Shown: positions 14,329-27,841 of the stretch, piece after piece
Layout: each line of letters starts with the position of its first letter
Position numbering within the stretch: the first letter of the stretch is position 1
Assembly: GCF_006345805.1 (NCBI RefSeq)
Contig: NC_043000.1
Location: forward strand, 136,834,001 to 136,898,000
Direction of reading: 5' to 3'
From: Octopus sinensis
Taxonomy: Eukaryota
DNA length: 64,000 bases
Translations under genes and position numbers: made by a program
The notes under the pieces: generated by a model
What the model saw: only the letters and a program-made list of their open reading frames with translations
What the model was told of the DNA's origin: nothing
Database searches by the model: none

Positions 14329-14961
14329 ATGGGACAATGAGGCACACCAAATTTGATGTACTGTATGTTAGAGAAAGAGAGAGCCTGTTTCATACACGCA
14401 CTCATTATGTGATACAGCCGAATGGTTTCGATACAAGACATGTGGGACGTATGCCAGACATGGCTTTGATAAACGAAAAAAACTTATTAAAAGCATTCAG
14501 TAGTTTTATATACGTACATGTAATAGGAATTACGACACGTTTTACGTTGACTTTACATATCTCATCGACTCCATTTATTTTTCCCTTTGAGTTAAACTGT
14601 TCATTAACTTTTTCGAAGTTTTCTATTTATGGTATTGGTTTGGATCGAATTGCCTCTGTTAAGACAACTGCAGGACGAATGCCGCAGCATGTTCTCTCCA
14701 CCAAACACGGTCCGATGGGGAGGCTGTGAATTTGAGCTTGAGATCATACACGCTAGCTCAGCATGGCTTTACAGAGGAGTGCAGGTTTATATTCTTGCTT
14801 AAGAGTAGTTAAGACTCCAGTGCTCAGCTGGTACTTAAGTTTATCGATCCCCCCAAAAAGCAGAGAAGGGCAAAGTCGGCCTCGGAGGAATTTGAACTCA
14901 GAGCGTAAGGACGGACGATATACCTATTTCTTTACTACCCACAAGGATCTAAACACAGAGA

Positions 14962-15849
14962 GGATCTTTTCAATTCTGAAGCCAGGACCACAGATCTTTC
15001 TACTTAACTAAATATTCTGAAACTTCGTATGCTGATAGAGTCTAGCAAAACAAGACACAGGTTGGAACTAGTTTATTTGAGAAAAATCTATTTTATGACT
15101 TTAATCGTAGATTAAAACTGCGAATTTTAACCAATCAGATTGTTTGTTTTCATGTGTAAAACTTGACTGCATTCTATTAGTGTGCCGTAGAAAGCGCTTT
15201 TGTGACGTACTAACGTTCGGAAAACTGTAAACAAACACAGAACGTAACGGCAGACGAAATACGGCTACGCATTTCGCCCGGCGTGCTAACGTTTCTGCCA
15301 GCTCTTTGCTTTTTTAATATTAAATTTCTTGCCTTTTGCACAAATAAATACAATAAGTGAAATGAAACGCATTAGCTTAGAAACGAAATCTTGTTAGAAG
15401 CCTCGTCACTGAGATGCCACTTCTTAATAGCAAACGAAAGCAAGTACTAACAGAATGGAAACATTTTCAATTTAATACATGTGGCTTATTAACTAGTTTT
15501 AAATATTGTTATTAGAAGGTGGCTGACTATAGGATCCTGGAAACATGAGTACGTTAAATAATTAGAAGGAGATTTCACGGAGACATGCGGCTTGTTTACA
15601 TTTAAGATGTTTAATACGTCACCAAATTGGTGGTCGAGACGGAGTAAATAAAATAAAGCCGAATGACGGAATATCATTGGTTAAAATTCTAATTATTAAA
15701 CAACGTTAAACTTAGAAGTTACAATTCCGTTTTCATTCTGGTTTACAATTAAGTTTACTTTTGACACATTCTACCAGTATACGAAGTTTCAAATTGTTTG
15801 GTTCAGTAGGAAAAATTTGAAAAAACTGGCTTCAGAATTGAAAAGATCC
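14962..15849. mobile_element. Non-autonomous TIR DNA transposon (888 bp) inserted in a family-M SINE
   Basis: Perfect 24-bp TIR GGATCTTTTCAATTCTGAAGCCAG, with a further imperfect match at 15018-15039/15770-15791; TSD CACAGAGA (14954-14961) / CACAGAGG (15850-15857). Confidence 0.88.
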
Positions 15850-16215
15850 CACAGAGGACAAACAAGGACAGACAAACGGATTAAATCGATTATATCGACC
15901 CCAGTGCGTAACTGGTACTTATTTAATCGACCCCGAAAGGATGAAAGGCAAAGTCGACCTAGGCGGAATTTGAACTCAGAACGTAACGGCAGACGAAATA
16001 CCTATTTATTTACTACCCACAAGGGGCTAAACACAGAGGGGACAAACAAGGACAGACAAACGGATTAAGTCGATTATATCGACTCCAGTGCGTAACTGGT
16101 ACTTATTTAATAGACCCCGAAAGGATGAAAGGCAAAGTCGACCTCGGCGGAATTTGAACTCAGAACGTAACGGCAGACGATATACCGCTAAGCATTCAGC
16201 TAGGCATTCCAGCTC
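15850..16215 (-). mobile_element. SINE family M tandem units (continuation of the copy at 14820-14961)
   Basis: Body-tail units joined at GAAATAC|CTATTT; head remnant near 16190-16215. Confidence 0.85.
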
Positions 16216-16730
16216 GCCGCTTTCGTGGTATTTTTCATTGAAGTATGAAAACGGTCAAATGAAATTTTGTACAACATTATACCTGTTTTATCGACCTCTT
16301 CTGCCATTAATCACTTTTCTATATATGCTTATTTGAATATTTATATACCGAAATATTATTCTCCACAGCATCACATCCTTCTACTGATTGTTCAGTTAGG
16401 TGTGTAACCAACAAAATATCGTTTACAGGAATTTCATCATTGTCACTGATTATATTAAATTTAACTATTCATATTTCTGAGATTCTTAGAATTAATTATC
16501 AGCAGTTTTTTTCAGATGTGTTAATGCTTTCCACATGAGGATACTCTTGTATTATTATTATAATATGATTTAAAGATTTCATTTCTATATTTCTATGTAA
16601 TTTTATAGTAAAAGAAATTAACTTAGATCTAATTAGAATATTTCAAAATTCTCATGGCTGCGGGAGTAGGAGACATTATTACAGATGGGTATTGAAATTA
16701 CTCAGGTAAGATCTTGCATATGGGTATATG

Positions 16731-16784
<54 letters not shown>

Positions 16785-16953
16785 GTTAGATAGCCATGCT
16801 GGTAAAATTCTTGATATATTTATACATATGCACATAATTATCTACACAGACATTCTGTAGATGTGTGAGTTTATTTATATATTTCTGTTTTAGCATATAT
16901 TTATCAGTCTAAACATTTGTGTGTGCGTGTATATATGTATATATATGTATGTT

Positions 16954-16985
<32 letters not shown>

Positions 16986-17003
16986 TGTATGTATGTATGT
17001 ATG

Positions 17004-17075
<72 letters not shown>

Positions 17076-17305
17076 TATTACATATGTGTGTGTGTGAGAG
17101 AGAGAAAGAAAGAAAGAGAGAGAGAGAGAGAGTATGTATGATGTATCACTACATTTCAGTGACTATGAGCTTCATTTCTTATCTGCATCTTGAAAACATT
17201 TAATAAAATTTAGATAACAGTAGGTGATAATGCAGCAACTGCGGGCTTTAATTTTAAGTTGCTGTCATTGATTAGGAATCACGGTATGTGCGTATATCAG
17301 ACCAT

Positions 17306-18745
17306 CACACACACACATATACACACACATATGATGGATTCTCTTGTCACGAACGACAAATGAAGATTTGCTAAAATGAAATGTTGATCATGCTTTATGG
17401 ACATGAATACGTCTCTTGAGACCTGCTGGTTCCTTGCAAACCTTTTGGCAAATGGAACAAGTTGAGGACTCAGTTTGAGTGCTTTTTGATTATTTACCAT
17501 ATGTTTTCTTGAGTGGACGGCTAGGCCTGCTTTGCTTCGTTCCACAAAACCACAATGACAGGTAAGGTTTCCATTTAGAGGAGCAACGTTTTGCCAGCGT
17601 GTTTGCATGCTTGCACAAAATTGGTTCCGTGTTGGAGTCGATTTTGCTCAAATTTTTGAACGGACGCGAAGCAGGACTGGCGCCAGGTTTGTATTCTGAT
17701 GCTTTGTTTTCCCAGGAAAGAAAGGAAATGTTGCATCGTTTCAGATTGTCTTTCAATTTGTCTTTGAAGCGCAAGAGTGGCCTTCTAACTGACTTTCCTG
17801 TTGAGAATTGGTCAAAGAGAAGTTGCTTCGAATTTCTGATATTACTCGTGCATGAGAGATGACCTGACCATCTAAGCTGTATTTTGATGAGGATGGCTTC
17901 AATAGCTGATATGTTGCATTTTGTAAGTACCTCACTGTTACGAATATAGCCGCAAGAATCGCATATGAAAAGCGTCAAGCTGATTGATGTACCTGCGGTA
18001 CAAAGTCCAAGATTCAGCACCATAAAGCAATGTTGTCAGGACCATCGACTTACTCATTACTCTCTTCTACTCTTTTACTTGTTTCAGTCCTTTGACTGCA
18101 GCCATGCTGGAGCACCACCTTTAGTCGAGCAAATCGACCCCGGGACTTATTCTTTGGAAGCCTAGTACTTATTCTATTGGTCTCTTTTGCCGAATCGCTA
18201 AATCATGGGGACATACACACACCAGCATCGGTTGTCAAGCAATGATAAGGGAACAAACACAGACACACAAATATACACACACAAACATACACACACACAC
18301 GCACACACACACATATATATATATATATATTCGACAGGCTTCTTTCAGTTTCTGTCTACCAAATCCACTCACAAGGCTTTGGTCGGCCCGAGGCTATAGT
18401 AGAAAACACTTGCCCAAGATGCCACGCAGTGGGACAGAACCCGGAACCATGTGGTTGGTAAGCAAGCTACTTACCACACAGCCACTCCTGTGCCAATATA
18501 CATTAACTTTCACCTTCAACGATACGTCAGGGTTGTTCCATAGCCTGCGATAAAGCTTACCGCAAGCGGAGCTATCCTCCCCGATTCTGGACTCGATTTC
18601 TTTATCCATCTTCGCATCACTGGACACAATGGAACCAAGATAAGTGAAAGAGCAAACAGTTTTTAATTCTTTCCCATCAACATATGCAGTAGGGGCAACA
18701 GCGGGAAGATGGTCACGAATGTGCTGATAGACAAGCTAAGTTTTC
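17306..18745 (-). mobile_element. 5'-truncated RTE-clade LINE with C-terminal C2H2-like motifs, split by a SINE
   Basis: SFTYLGSIVSSDAKMDKEIESRI...VKVNVY | KSMVLTTLLYGAESW...QLRWSGH...RPLLRFKDKLK; (TG)n tail. Confidence 0.9.
18056..18495 (-). mobile_element. SINE family K (GGAGTGGCTGTGTGG head, internal microsatellite) inside the RTE
   Basis: Matches 19823-20223, 22152-22536 and 35054-35497. Confidence 0.88.
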
Positions 18746-18977
18746 TAGATGCTGATGGTCAGACCAAAGAACTTCGTAAACAACAAAACAACAACAGCAA
18801 AAGAACTATGAGAATTTTAAAAAATGATAAAATCTATGCTTTTGCTGTCAGATTACGGGCGAGTTGTGTTCCCAGCTTTTCGAAACGACTGGAAGTTATA
18901 TTTAAATTAGAAGAATGCAAAAGATATGTATGCTATTGCTCATCTACCAACATATAGATAGATAGATAGATAGATAT

Positions 18978-19023
<46 letters not shown>

Positions 19024-19113
19024 TGCCATGATAGCTCGCTAGCCACTACACATACTTTATTTTCTCTATTTTCTCCCCTTCTTTATTTTCTCTCCTTGTT
19101 TCTCTCTGTGTTC

Positions 19114-19149
19114 CTTTCTGTGGAAGAGCATAGGCTCGAAACGTTAAAG
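19114..19149 (+). ncRNA. Hammerhead-like motif, variant core CUGUGGA plus extra A
   Basis: Stem I CUUU/AAAG, stem II GAGC-AUAG-GCUC, GAAA, palindromic ACGU stem III, U17; A6 is substituted. Confidence 0.4.
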
Positions 19150-19259
19150 ACTTTTTCAATTAACGAGCGTTAAACTAATACATCTGTTTGTTGTCTATAC
19201 CACTTGTCTTCGTCTTTTTTTTTTTTTTTGCTGGAATTCTCTCCCCGCCCTCTAGATAA

Positions 19260-19383
19260 ATAAATAGATAGATAGATAGATAGATAAACAGACAGACGGA
19301 CAGACAGACTAACGGATGGAGAGACAGCAGACAGGCAGGTAGACAGACAGGCTGACAGACAGACATACAAATAGATAGTTAGG

Positions 19384-19460
<77 letters not shown>

Positions 19461-19528
19461 TGAGAGATAGATAGATTGATAGATAGATAAATTGATTGAT
19501 ATATAAATTGATAGATAGATATATATAC

Positions 19529-19603
<75 letters not shown>

Positions 19604-19610
19604 GATAGAG
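19260..19610. repeat. (GATA)/(GACA)n compound microsatellite
   Basis: Direct read. Confidence 0.95.
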
Positions 19611-19822
19611 AGAGGAACTGATAGAGGAGGAGAAACTGTGAACAATTTATGAAATTCTCCGTCAAGTAACTCTTTCTCATACTTTCCACTCATCATTAGC
19701 ATAGAAAGAATGCGTTTGCATTGTTATTTCACTCAAACGGAAACTTCTGAGTATCTAAATTATTTCATTCCTGATTTACGTTATGCTGTGCTTAATACGT
19801 GTGTGTTCGTGCTTACATGTAT

Positions 19823-20223
19823 ACTCTTACTCTTTTATTTGTTTCAGTCATTTGACTATGGCCATGCTGGAGCACCACCTTTTTAGTCGAGCAAATCGAC
19901 ACCAGGACTTATTCTTTGTAAGCCTTGTACTCATTCTATCGGTCTCTTTTGCCGAACCGCTAAGTTACGGGGACGTAAACACACCAGCATCGATTGTCAA
20001 GCGATGTTGGGAGGACAAACACAGACACACAAACATATACACATACATATATATATACACATATACGACGGGCTTCTTTCAGTTTCCGTCTACCAAATCC
20101 ACTCACAAGGCTTTGGTCGGCCCGAGGCTATAGTAGAAGACACTTGCCCAAGGTGCCACGCAGTGGGATTGAACCCAGAACCATGTGGTTGGCAAGCAAG
20201 CTACTTACCACACAGCCACTCCT
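19823..20223 (-). mobile_element. SINE family K
   Basis: Family consensus. Confidence 0.88.
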
Positions 20224-21047
20224 ATGTGTGCGTGAATGCCTATATTCAAGAAGAAATACATGAAAAGAAAACAAGAGAAGGATAACAGGTGAATAAAAGC
20301 ATACATGAATGACAGACAAAAGAAGTGTAGATATTGCTGCATATTGTTGTGAGCTTCATGATGAAACATAGTGTTTATCGGACGGAATGGCGAAAACGAA
20401 TAAGAATGAATAAGGTTGACTGAGAGTAAATAGAAAAAAAGTGAGGAAGAGAGATAAATTTTTGCATTGAGGTTTATATCGAATGAAGGAATAGAAACGT
20501 ATTAAGCATTTGAAGGAATTGTATATTTATCAAACAGCAGTTTAGAAGTAAACAATATGATGTAAAATTTATGATAAATAATTTGATGTATAGATGAAGA
20601 TTAGGAAAACACGTTTTGAATAATTAATGAAGAAAAGGAAAACACGAGAAATTGCAAGATAGAAAGAGATACATATTAAGAGCATAAGAAAAGGAAGAGA
20701 GTGGTGCTAATGCACACAAACACACACATACACACATCCATATGCATATATGTAGATAGCTATGTAAACCGATATAATAAAATGCAATAAAAATATTAAT
20801 AGAGAAAAAATACCGTAAGAATGAAGATATAAAACGTTCAATAATTTGAAGATAAATTCAAATTCATTTTCCATTTGTAGAAAAAGAAGAAAGACAAAGT
20901 TTTGCGGGTTCTCATTCCCCTAAAAACTCGAATGAAGAAATTAAGATGGAACAGCTGACCCATGTTTAAGTAAATAATAAAATGCAAAGCAAAATAGACT
21001 AGAAATGTATAGAAAATTTAACAGAAATTCGAGATGTTTTACTAGTC

Positions 21048-21305
21048 ATCATCATCATTGTTCGACCGTGGTCGAGACAATGGAATTTACCATGCTACGC
21101 CAGACTTCACGGTCCATCATGGCATTACGGAGGTCCTGTTGCTGGATGCCTGTATCCCTGAGATTACATCAGGGTAGGAGAGTGTGCGCCCTCTGTTATT
21201 GCGAGTAGATGGCTTCCAGAGGAGAAGAGTAGAAATTACCTCTGTTTCAGCTCTACAACAATGTCTAGCAAACTGGACGCTCTTACCTTTCACAAGAGAT
21301 GACAC
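21048..21305 (-). mobile_element. RTE-type LINE 3' end
   Basis: VQFARHCCRAETEVISTLLLWKP...RGRTLSYPDVISRDTG...MMDREVWRSMV then a (TGA)n tail. Confidence 0.75.
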
Positions 21306-21325
21306 AAGGTAGTTACTAGTAGTAA

Positions 21326-21543
21326 CGCTTTAGTTTTTAAACTGGCCATATCAGGTCCAAATATTCTCCAATTTATGTTCAAACCGCCCGGATTCCGCCT
21401 CTTACACTTACTCTATAATGTCATTGTAATAATACACAATCACATCGTCGTAATCTTCAAGATATGAGGTGACGCATGACTAATTCAAAGCAATATAAAT
21501 AAATAAGCATTACAGTCGTCAGACTAACCTGGATGCTAAAGTG
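21326..21543. mobile_element. piggyBac-like MITE, degenerate
   Basis: Ends (G)TAA|CGCTTTAG ... CTAAAGTG|TTAA resemble TTAA|CCCTTTAG termini. Confidence 0.5.
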
Positions 21544-21769
21544 TTAAGTAAAAAGAAAAGTGGAGGCAATGCTGAATACTAAGAATTTTATAGCATTAGA
21601 ATTGTTAATACTTTAATGAAGCTTTTTGTGGTTAAAGGTTAGTTAGTCAAGAACAGACACATACACATACATACACACACCTGCACACTCATGCTCACAC
21701 GCAGACTCGGACTCTGCCCACGCACATACATATATGTATAGTTGTGTTTCTATATATACGTGTGTGTTC

Positions 21770-22102
21770 GTATATGGCTCAGTGGTTAGAGTGTCGAGCT
21801 TACGATCGTGAGGTTGTCAGTTCGATTCTCGGACCGCGCTGCGTGTTGTGTTCTTGAGCAAGACACTTTATTTTACGTTGCTCCAGTTAACTCAGCCGAA
21901 GAAATGAGTTGCGACGTCACTGGTGCCAAGCTGTATCGACCCCTTTGCTTTTCCCTTGGATAACACTGGTGGCGTGGAGAGGGGAGACTGGTATGCATGG
22001 GCGACTGCTGGTCTTCCATAAAACAACCTTGCCCGGACTTGTGTCTAGGAGGGTAACTTTCTAGGTGCAATCCCATGGTCATTCATGACCGAAGGGGGTC
22101 TC
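21770..22102 (+). mobile_element. tRNA-SINE, head C, tail Z
   Basis: Head and core match 9366; tail is different (...GGTGCAATCCCATGGTCATTCATGACCGAAGGGG). Confidence 0.8.
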
Positions 22103-22151
22103 CATATATAGACATAGATAGATAAACAGAGCCATCGATTTCTGCATATCT

Positions 22152-22536
22152 GGAGTGGCTGTGTGGTAAGTAGCTTGCTAACCAACCACATGGTTCCGGG
22201 TTCAATCCCACTGCGTGACATCTTGGGCAAGTGTCTTCTGCTATAGCCCCGGGCCGACCAATACCTTGTGAGTGGATTTGGTAGACAGAAACTGAAAGAA
22301 GCCTGTCGTATATATGTATATATATGTATGTGTGTGTGTTTGTTCCCCTAGCATTGCTTGACAACCGATGCTGGTGTGTTTACGTCCCCGTCACTTAGCG
22401 GTTCGGCAAAAGAGACCGATAGAATAAGTACTAGGCTTACAAGAAGAATAAGTCCCGGGGTCGAGTTGCTCGACTAAAGGCGGTGCTCCAGCATGGCCGC
22501 AGTCAAATGACTGAAACAAGTAAAAGAGTAAAAGAG
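22152..22536 (+). mobile_element. SINE family K
   Basis: Family consensus. Confidence 0.88.
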
Positions 22537-23431
22537 TATCTGTCACACGCACAAATCAAGATAATTTTTAAGTAATTAATTTTTTAAATCTTTTAATTAG
22601 AAGGGATTTTTTTAATATGGCTGTGCCCATATCACCAACATCTGATACCTTGAATACATACGGAAACGAACGGAATAATAAAATTTGTGTTTTATTTTTG
22701 GTCAAAGATTTTTTCCACGTACGCCAGCAAAATAAATGTCCGTGAATATTTCATTATCAAATGCAACGATAAACTGTACGAAGAAAGGAAAAAGAGAGGG
22801 GAGACTTGGACAAGAAAGAGAGAGGTAATGAAAATAGCGTCAAATTGTCGATCTTAAGCGAATAGAAAAGTTGATTCTGCTGTAAATGTATTTCGATTTA
22901 TTCGATGCGATTCCTTCTACCACTTGAAAATATTTATTTTTGAGGTGGCTAAGCTATTTACAAAGATATTCAGGCCGTAAAACAGTCTGTTCTGCAGTTT
23001 GTAAGGTAAATATTATTTTCGACTAATATATTTATTGATATACAGTGATTGTGAAATAAAGAAAATAGGCCATGGAAACATTGCTTATCGTAAATGAAAA
23101 TAATTTACGGGAATATATCATTTACCACTTTGTTTATATATAAGGATGTTTCGACTAAGATCACCGGCCATAAATGTTACTAACATACACACATACTTTC
23201 ACAAGTATGAAGATTTTATGTGGTTACTCAGCCTGTTAGAAATAGTAGCCAACTTTCCTTCAAATCCGAGATACACCATAATGATGAAAAGAGAACCTTT
23301 TTCAATAGAAAGTGCAACTATATGCATTTAAGAATATTAAGAATTGAAATAATCAAATAAAATCAAAGGAAAAGTATTGTATGATGTATGATACCAAAAA
23401 ATGTTCTTATTGTGTATTAATTTATTATCTT

Positions 23432-23620
23432 CTAGCGGAGATACCCGGCGTTGCCCGGTTACATTCAATTGAAGAATTAGACTTTTCTGTTATATTTTCT
23501 GTAATGAACTGGAATATCTATGTTTCGAATTTCATCAAAATTGCAGATGAGGGTTATTTCCCTCTTTACACACCCAAAAAAATTTGTAATCGTGCCACAT
23601 GTATCCCATACTACTGATTT
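23432..23620 (-). mobile_element. Helitron 3' end fragment
   Basis: CTAG at 23432-23435 next to hairpin CCCGGCGTTGCCCGG, as in 27842. Confidence 0.6.
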
Positions 23621-24143
23621 TTATGCGCATATTCCAAAATTCCAGTGTTATTGAACCTGTTAAAAAGATTTTGCTCCTAAAAAATGAAGGTCGTGGAGCT
23701 CTAAAATGTGAGAGTTAAGGCCCCTGTTGGGGGGTGGGCATCTTAATGTCAAACAGAGAAGTTGAATTGTTGAAAATCTTTTTAGCTTGGGTCTTATATC
23801 TATTGTTTGAATTTCTTTGAAATAGGAAATATATGTTCACTGGGTTTGTAAAAGAGAGCAAAGCTACAGGAAACCAAAAGACAAATGATCACAATAAGCA
23901 GTCAGTTACCCTACCCTAGTTGTTACTTGAAGTACCGGTTCAAGAACTATGTTAAACATATATATGTGTGTGTGTGTGTGTGTGCATACATATATGTATA
24001 TATATAGGTATACACACACACATACAAAAACACACACACACACGCACACACACACACACACACAAAGATAAATTGATAGATACAACTGAGTAGGCAAACA
24101 AAAATATGAGACACCTCGTTGTGTTTTTTTATATTTCGATAAA

Positions 24144-24448
24144 CCTGGTACTTATTCTATCAGTTTCTTCTTGTGAAACCAGTAAGTTATGGGGATGTAA
24201 ATAAACGAACACCAGTTGTGAAGCAATGATGAGGGAGAAACACGAACACACACACATAGACTTACATATATACATACATATACATACAATTGATTTCTTT
24301 CAGTTTCTGTCTACAAAATCCACTGACCAGGCTTTGGTTGGTCTCAGGCTATAGCAGAAGACACATGCCAAGTTACCACACAGTGGGACTAAACTGAGGA
24401 CCATGTGTTTTGGAACCAAGTTTGTTACCACACAGCCACACCTGCACC
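24144..24448 (-). mobile_element. SINE family K, diverged
   Basis: Family similarity. Confidence 0.7.
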
Positions 24449-24637
24449 TATGTATATGTGTGTATGGGGGTGGTGTGGATCGGTGTATGTGTATGGGTGT
24501 ATATATGTATGCATGTATATATATGTGTACATATTACATGTACATCTATATATACATCTAGACATACATGTTTACATATACATGTATACATATACACCTA
24601 TACATATACCTGTATACATATACATCTATATATATAA

Positions 24638-24693
<56 letters not shown>

Positions 24694-25019
24694 CCATATA
24701 CATACAATAGAGAGATGAGTTTGTTTCACTTTTAACACGTAATACTGAAATAATGGAGATGTGATATTGCTGTGGGCTCGCCCTAGGCAAGAAGTTAAAC
24801 ATTTTTTGCCCATGACACTACATTGACCCAAAGTAAGGCATGTGTAAAATTTGAATGAAATTGGTTGTGAAGTTCTCAAGTTTTAGGGATTCGTTGCCGG
24901 GTCATAGTGCTGGTACATGTATATATGTGTATATATATGTGTATATATTACATGTACATCTATATATATACATCTACACATAAAATACAAAATACAAAGT
25001 TATATCTTGATATCGCTAG

Positions 25020-25600
25020 TGATAACAATACTCAAAATATATAACAGACTGGAATTGTAGGCCCGTCTCTAGCAATTTCGATCAATTGTATCTTGTCCTC
25101 CCTCTTGTATAGAAGTGTGGCTACAATCCAGCCTACATCTACTTCTGGGGGGACATTTTAAATTTTCATCCGGTACGTCCTACGTCCCAGATATAAAAGT
25201 AAAAATAAAATATTTCCACTTTGCAAGGTTCAAGTCGAGTACTCCCTTGCACGCTCCGTTGACTCGAACCTTGCTTCTATTGTGGCGAATTTACCGCCTC
25301 TGGTTAGATATCTTTCATAGTCGCACCAAAACACTTTTCGACGGTGCTTTCCTGCAGGTGTTCAAATCTTTTTTTTCCTCTACATTGTATACTTTATAGA
25401 CAATAGTCATTTCTTTTCTTTAATTTTTTATTTCGTTTGGTGGTGTTATCCTAGATTCACCGTCTTTGTCGGTGATCAATCCGAAATAGGTTTGTATTTC
25501 TTGCATTTTAATCTTAATGAGTTCGCGCCCGCCGACGGCTGCAGCGAAATTTATTTTTGGACATTCTTCTATCGAAGGCATTCTAACAAAAATGCTTCCG
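25020..25600 (-). mobile_element. Degenerate LINE ORF1-like fragment (Tx1/L1-like)
   Basis: Frameshifted YLGRRTYRMKI.NVP/PEVDVGWIVATLL; NFAAAV near the start. Recognition from memory only. Confidence 0.35.
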
Positions 25601-26149
25601 TGTAAACGGTGAAAATATTGTCAATTTCCCCAAACAGGGACATAATTCAATTTTTAAACAATAACCAAAGCTCCTTCTCCCAAAGGAGGAGGGTTACAGT
25701 TTACAATTATTTAACAAATGCAACACAACAACGTAGTCCTTTATGTATAAGAAATAAACCAACAGCAGTGCTCAGTAGAAGCAGCTGTTCGAGAAAACAG
25801 ACATTACATACAGCTAAACGTCATATAGTTACTTAATGCTAGCTAATTAGCAGAAAATCTAATGTAAAAGCCGTAGTAAACGGTATGTGCACACCTCCAG
25901 TTGGACTATTCCATTTCTGCACGCTAATTTTATTTTTAATTTATTCGCATTCATGTGAAACCACTTATTCAAGTTCAAGTCATTGATGCAATTTTATACC
26001 AATTGCTATTTTTACTTTTGTTATGTTACGATTATATTATACTTTAATTTGATTTTAATTATTACTTACCACATATAATTCAATTTGTTTATTATCTCTA
26101 ATATTTATTGTTAAAATGAAAGTATATGACATAAAATAGAGAAATGTTT

Positions 26150-26517
26150 TTGTTTCACTTTTAACTCGTAATACTGAAATAGTGGAAAATATATGATATT
26201 GCTATGGGCTCACCCTAAGCCATAAGTTGAACATTTTTTTTGCCCATGGAACTACATGGACCCTAAGTAAGGCATGTGTAAAATTTGAATGAAATTGGTT
26301 GTGTAGTTCTCAAGTTTTAGGGAATCGTAGTGGAGAAGATATGATATTGTTGTGGGCTCACCCTAGGCAAAAAGTTAAAGAGTTTTTGTCGATGACACTC
26401 CCCGGACCCTAAGTAAGGCATGTATAAAATTTGAATGAAATTGGTTGTGTAGTTCTCAAATTTTAGGGAAACACACAGACAGACAGACACACATTCTCAG
26501 TTTTATATATAGAGAGA
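26150..26517 (-). mobile_element. Helitron 5' portion with two ~150-bp subrepeats (third copy at 24720-24895)
   Basis: Minus strand starts A|TCTCTCTATATATAAAA; (CAGA)n subterminal tract; repeated TAAGGCATGT.TAAAATTTGAATGAAATTGGTTGTG. Confidence 0.7.
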
Positions 26518-27342
26518 TTAATTAAAGTTAAAATTACTTTAATTTTAGAATAATGTAATAATGAAATAATCAATATTTAGTTTGTTAACTTAAATACGTG
26601 GAGAATAATTTATATTTATAAACATCAAGTTACTAACTATATAATAAAAGACAAAAATTGCATAAATGCGATCAGAAAATGCAAATCAAAATGTTTACTT
26701 CATAATCTTTCTATTTCTCTCGATTGCAATTGCAGTTTGTTCAAACACTTTTTATTCAACGATATAAGAATCACGAAATAAAATAACAAAAGCAAATTTT
26801 GGCATATGTATAATATCAAAATATTTTCTTTGTTGTGCGTATCATTGAGAAGTAGCAATAATACAGCAACAAACAAAGAGACGGAAAATAAATGAAACAG
26901 AAAGAAAGAAAATAAGAAAAACAAAGACTAGCGAATGCAGCTCGACGATGACAAACACAAAACGACTTTCTCAAGAGCAACAAGAAAACATTTTGATGCA
27001 AAATGCTGCGTAACATAAACAAGCACGGAAACAAATTTCCCATTAATATTTTCCTCTTGAGAGAGCATTTTGGGCCACAATACCGAACCACAAAAAGAAG
27101 TGGGGAATAATTTTTTTTCAGTGAAGCGAAATTGTATTGTGGCTCAAAATGCAGAACAGCATTAGACAGCACAGCCACTTCCTCAAGAGAAATGAGCACA
27201 CCGGTTTAGAATAAGATGCTGAGCAGCAGTGAGTAATACGCCACAGAATTCCCTAAGAGCAAATACAACCATAACTATAGCAGCCAATTGTCAAAGCACA
27301 AGATGTCGAATACTGCAAAACTACATGGTATTGATCCTTATT

Positions 27343-27567
27343 GATATAATGCGTCGAGCTGGCAGAGTCGTTAGCACGCCGGGCGAAATGCTTAGCGGTA
27401 TTTCGTCTGTCGTTACGTTCTGAGTTCAAATTCCGCCGAGGTCGACGTTGCCTTTCATCCTTTCGGGGTCGATAAATTAAGTACCAGTTACGCACTGGGG
27501 TCGATATAATCGACTTAATCCCTATGTCCTCTCTGTGTTTAGCCCCTTGTGGGTAGTAAAGAAATAG
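27343..27567 (+). mobile_element. SINE family M, tail i
   Basis: Family consensus. Confidence 0.85.
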
Positions 27568-27841
27568 GTGTTGATCCAGGACTCGAAGTAACTTTCATTG
27601 TAAACCGTTATAGCTGTATCTTAATAGACGTTAGACGCCGTCATTGTAATGGATTAATGTTTTAAGCGAGAGTGCAGGAGAGGATGAATTGATCATTTGT
27701 AACGAATCTGGCTACCGGTCGAGTCCCCTCAGGGAATCCCTCTCCTTCTCACTTGTATTTACATTTTCTACAATGTTTATATGCTGTTGTATGAACTGTT
27801 TTATTTGCTTAGCTATACAGATTGTCTGTTTTATAATTTAA

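Noticed and set aside
14337-14729. 130-aa ORF
   Set aside because: No motif or splice support; a length that can arise by chance.
15850-16215. Repeated units superficially like a CRISPR array
   Set aside because: Tandem SINE bodies with no unique spacers and no cas genes, in a eukaryotic context.
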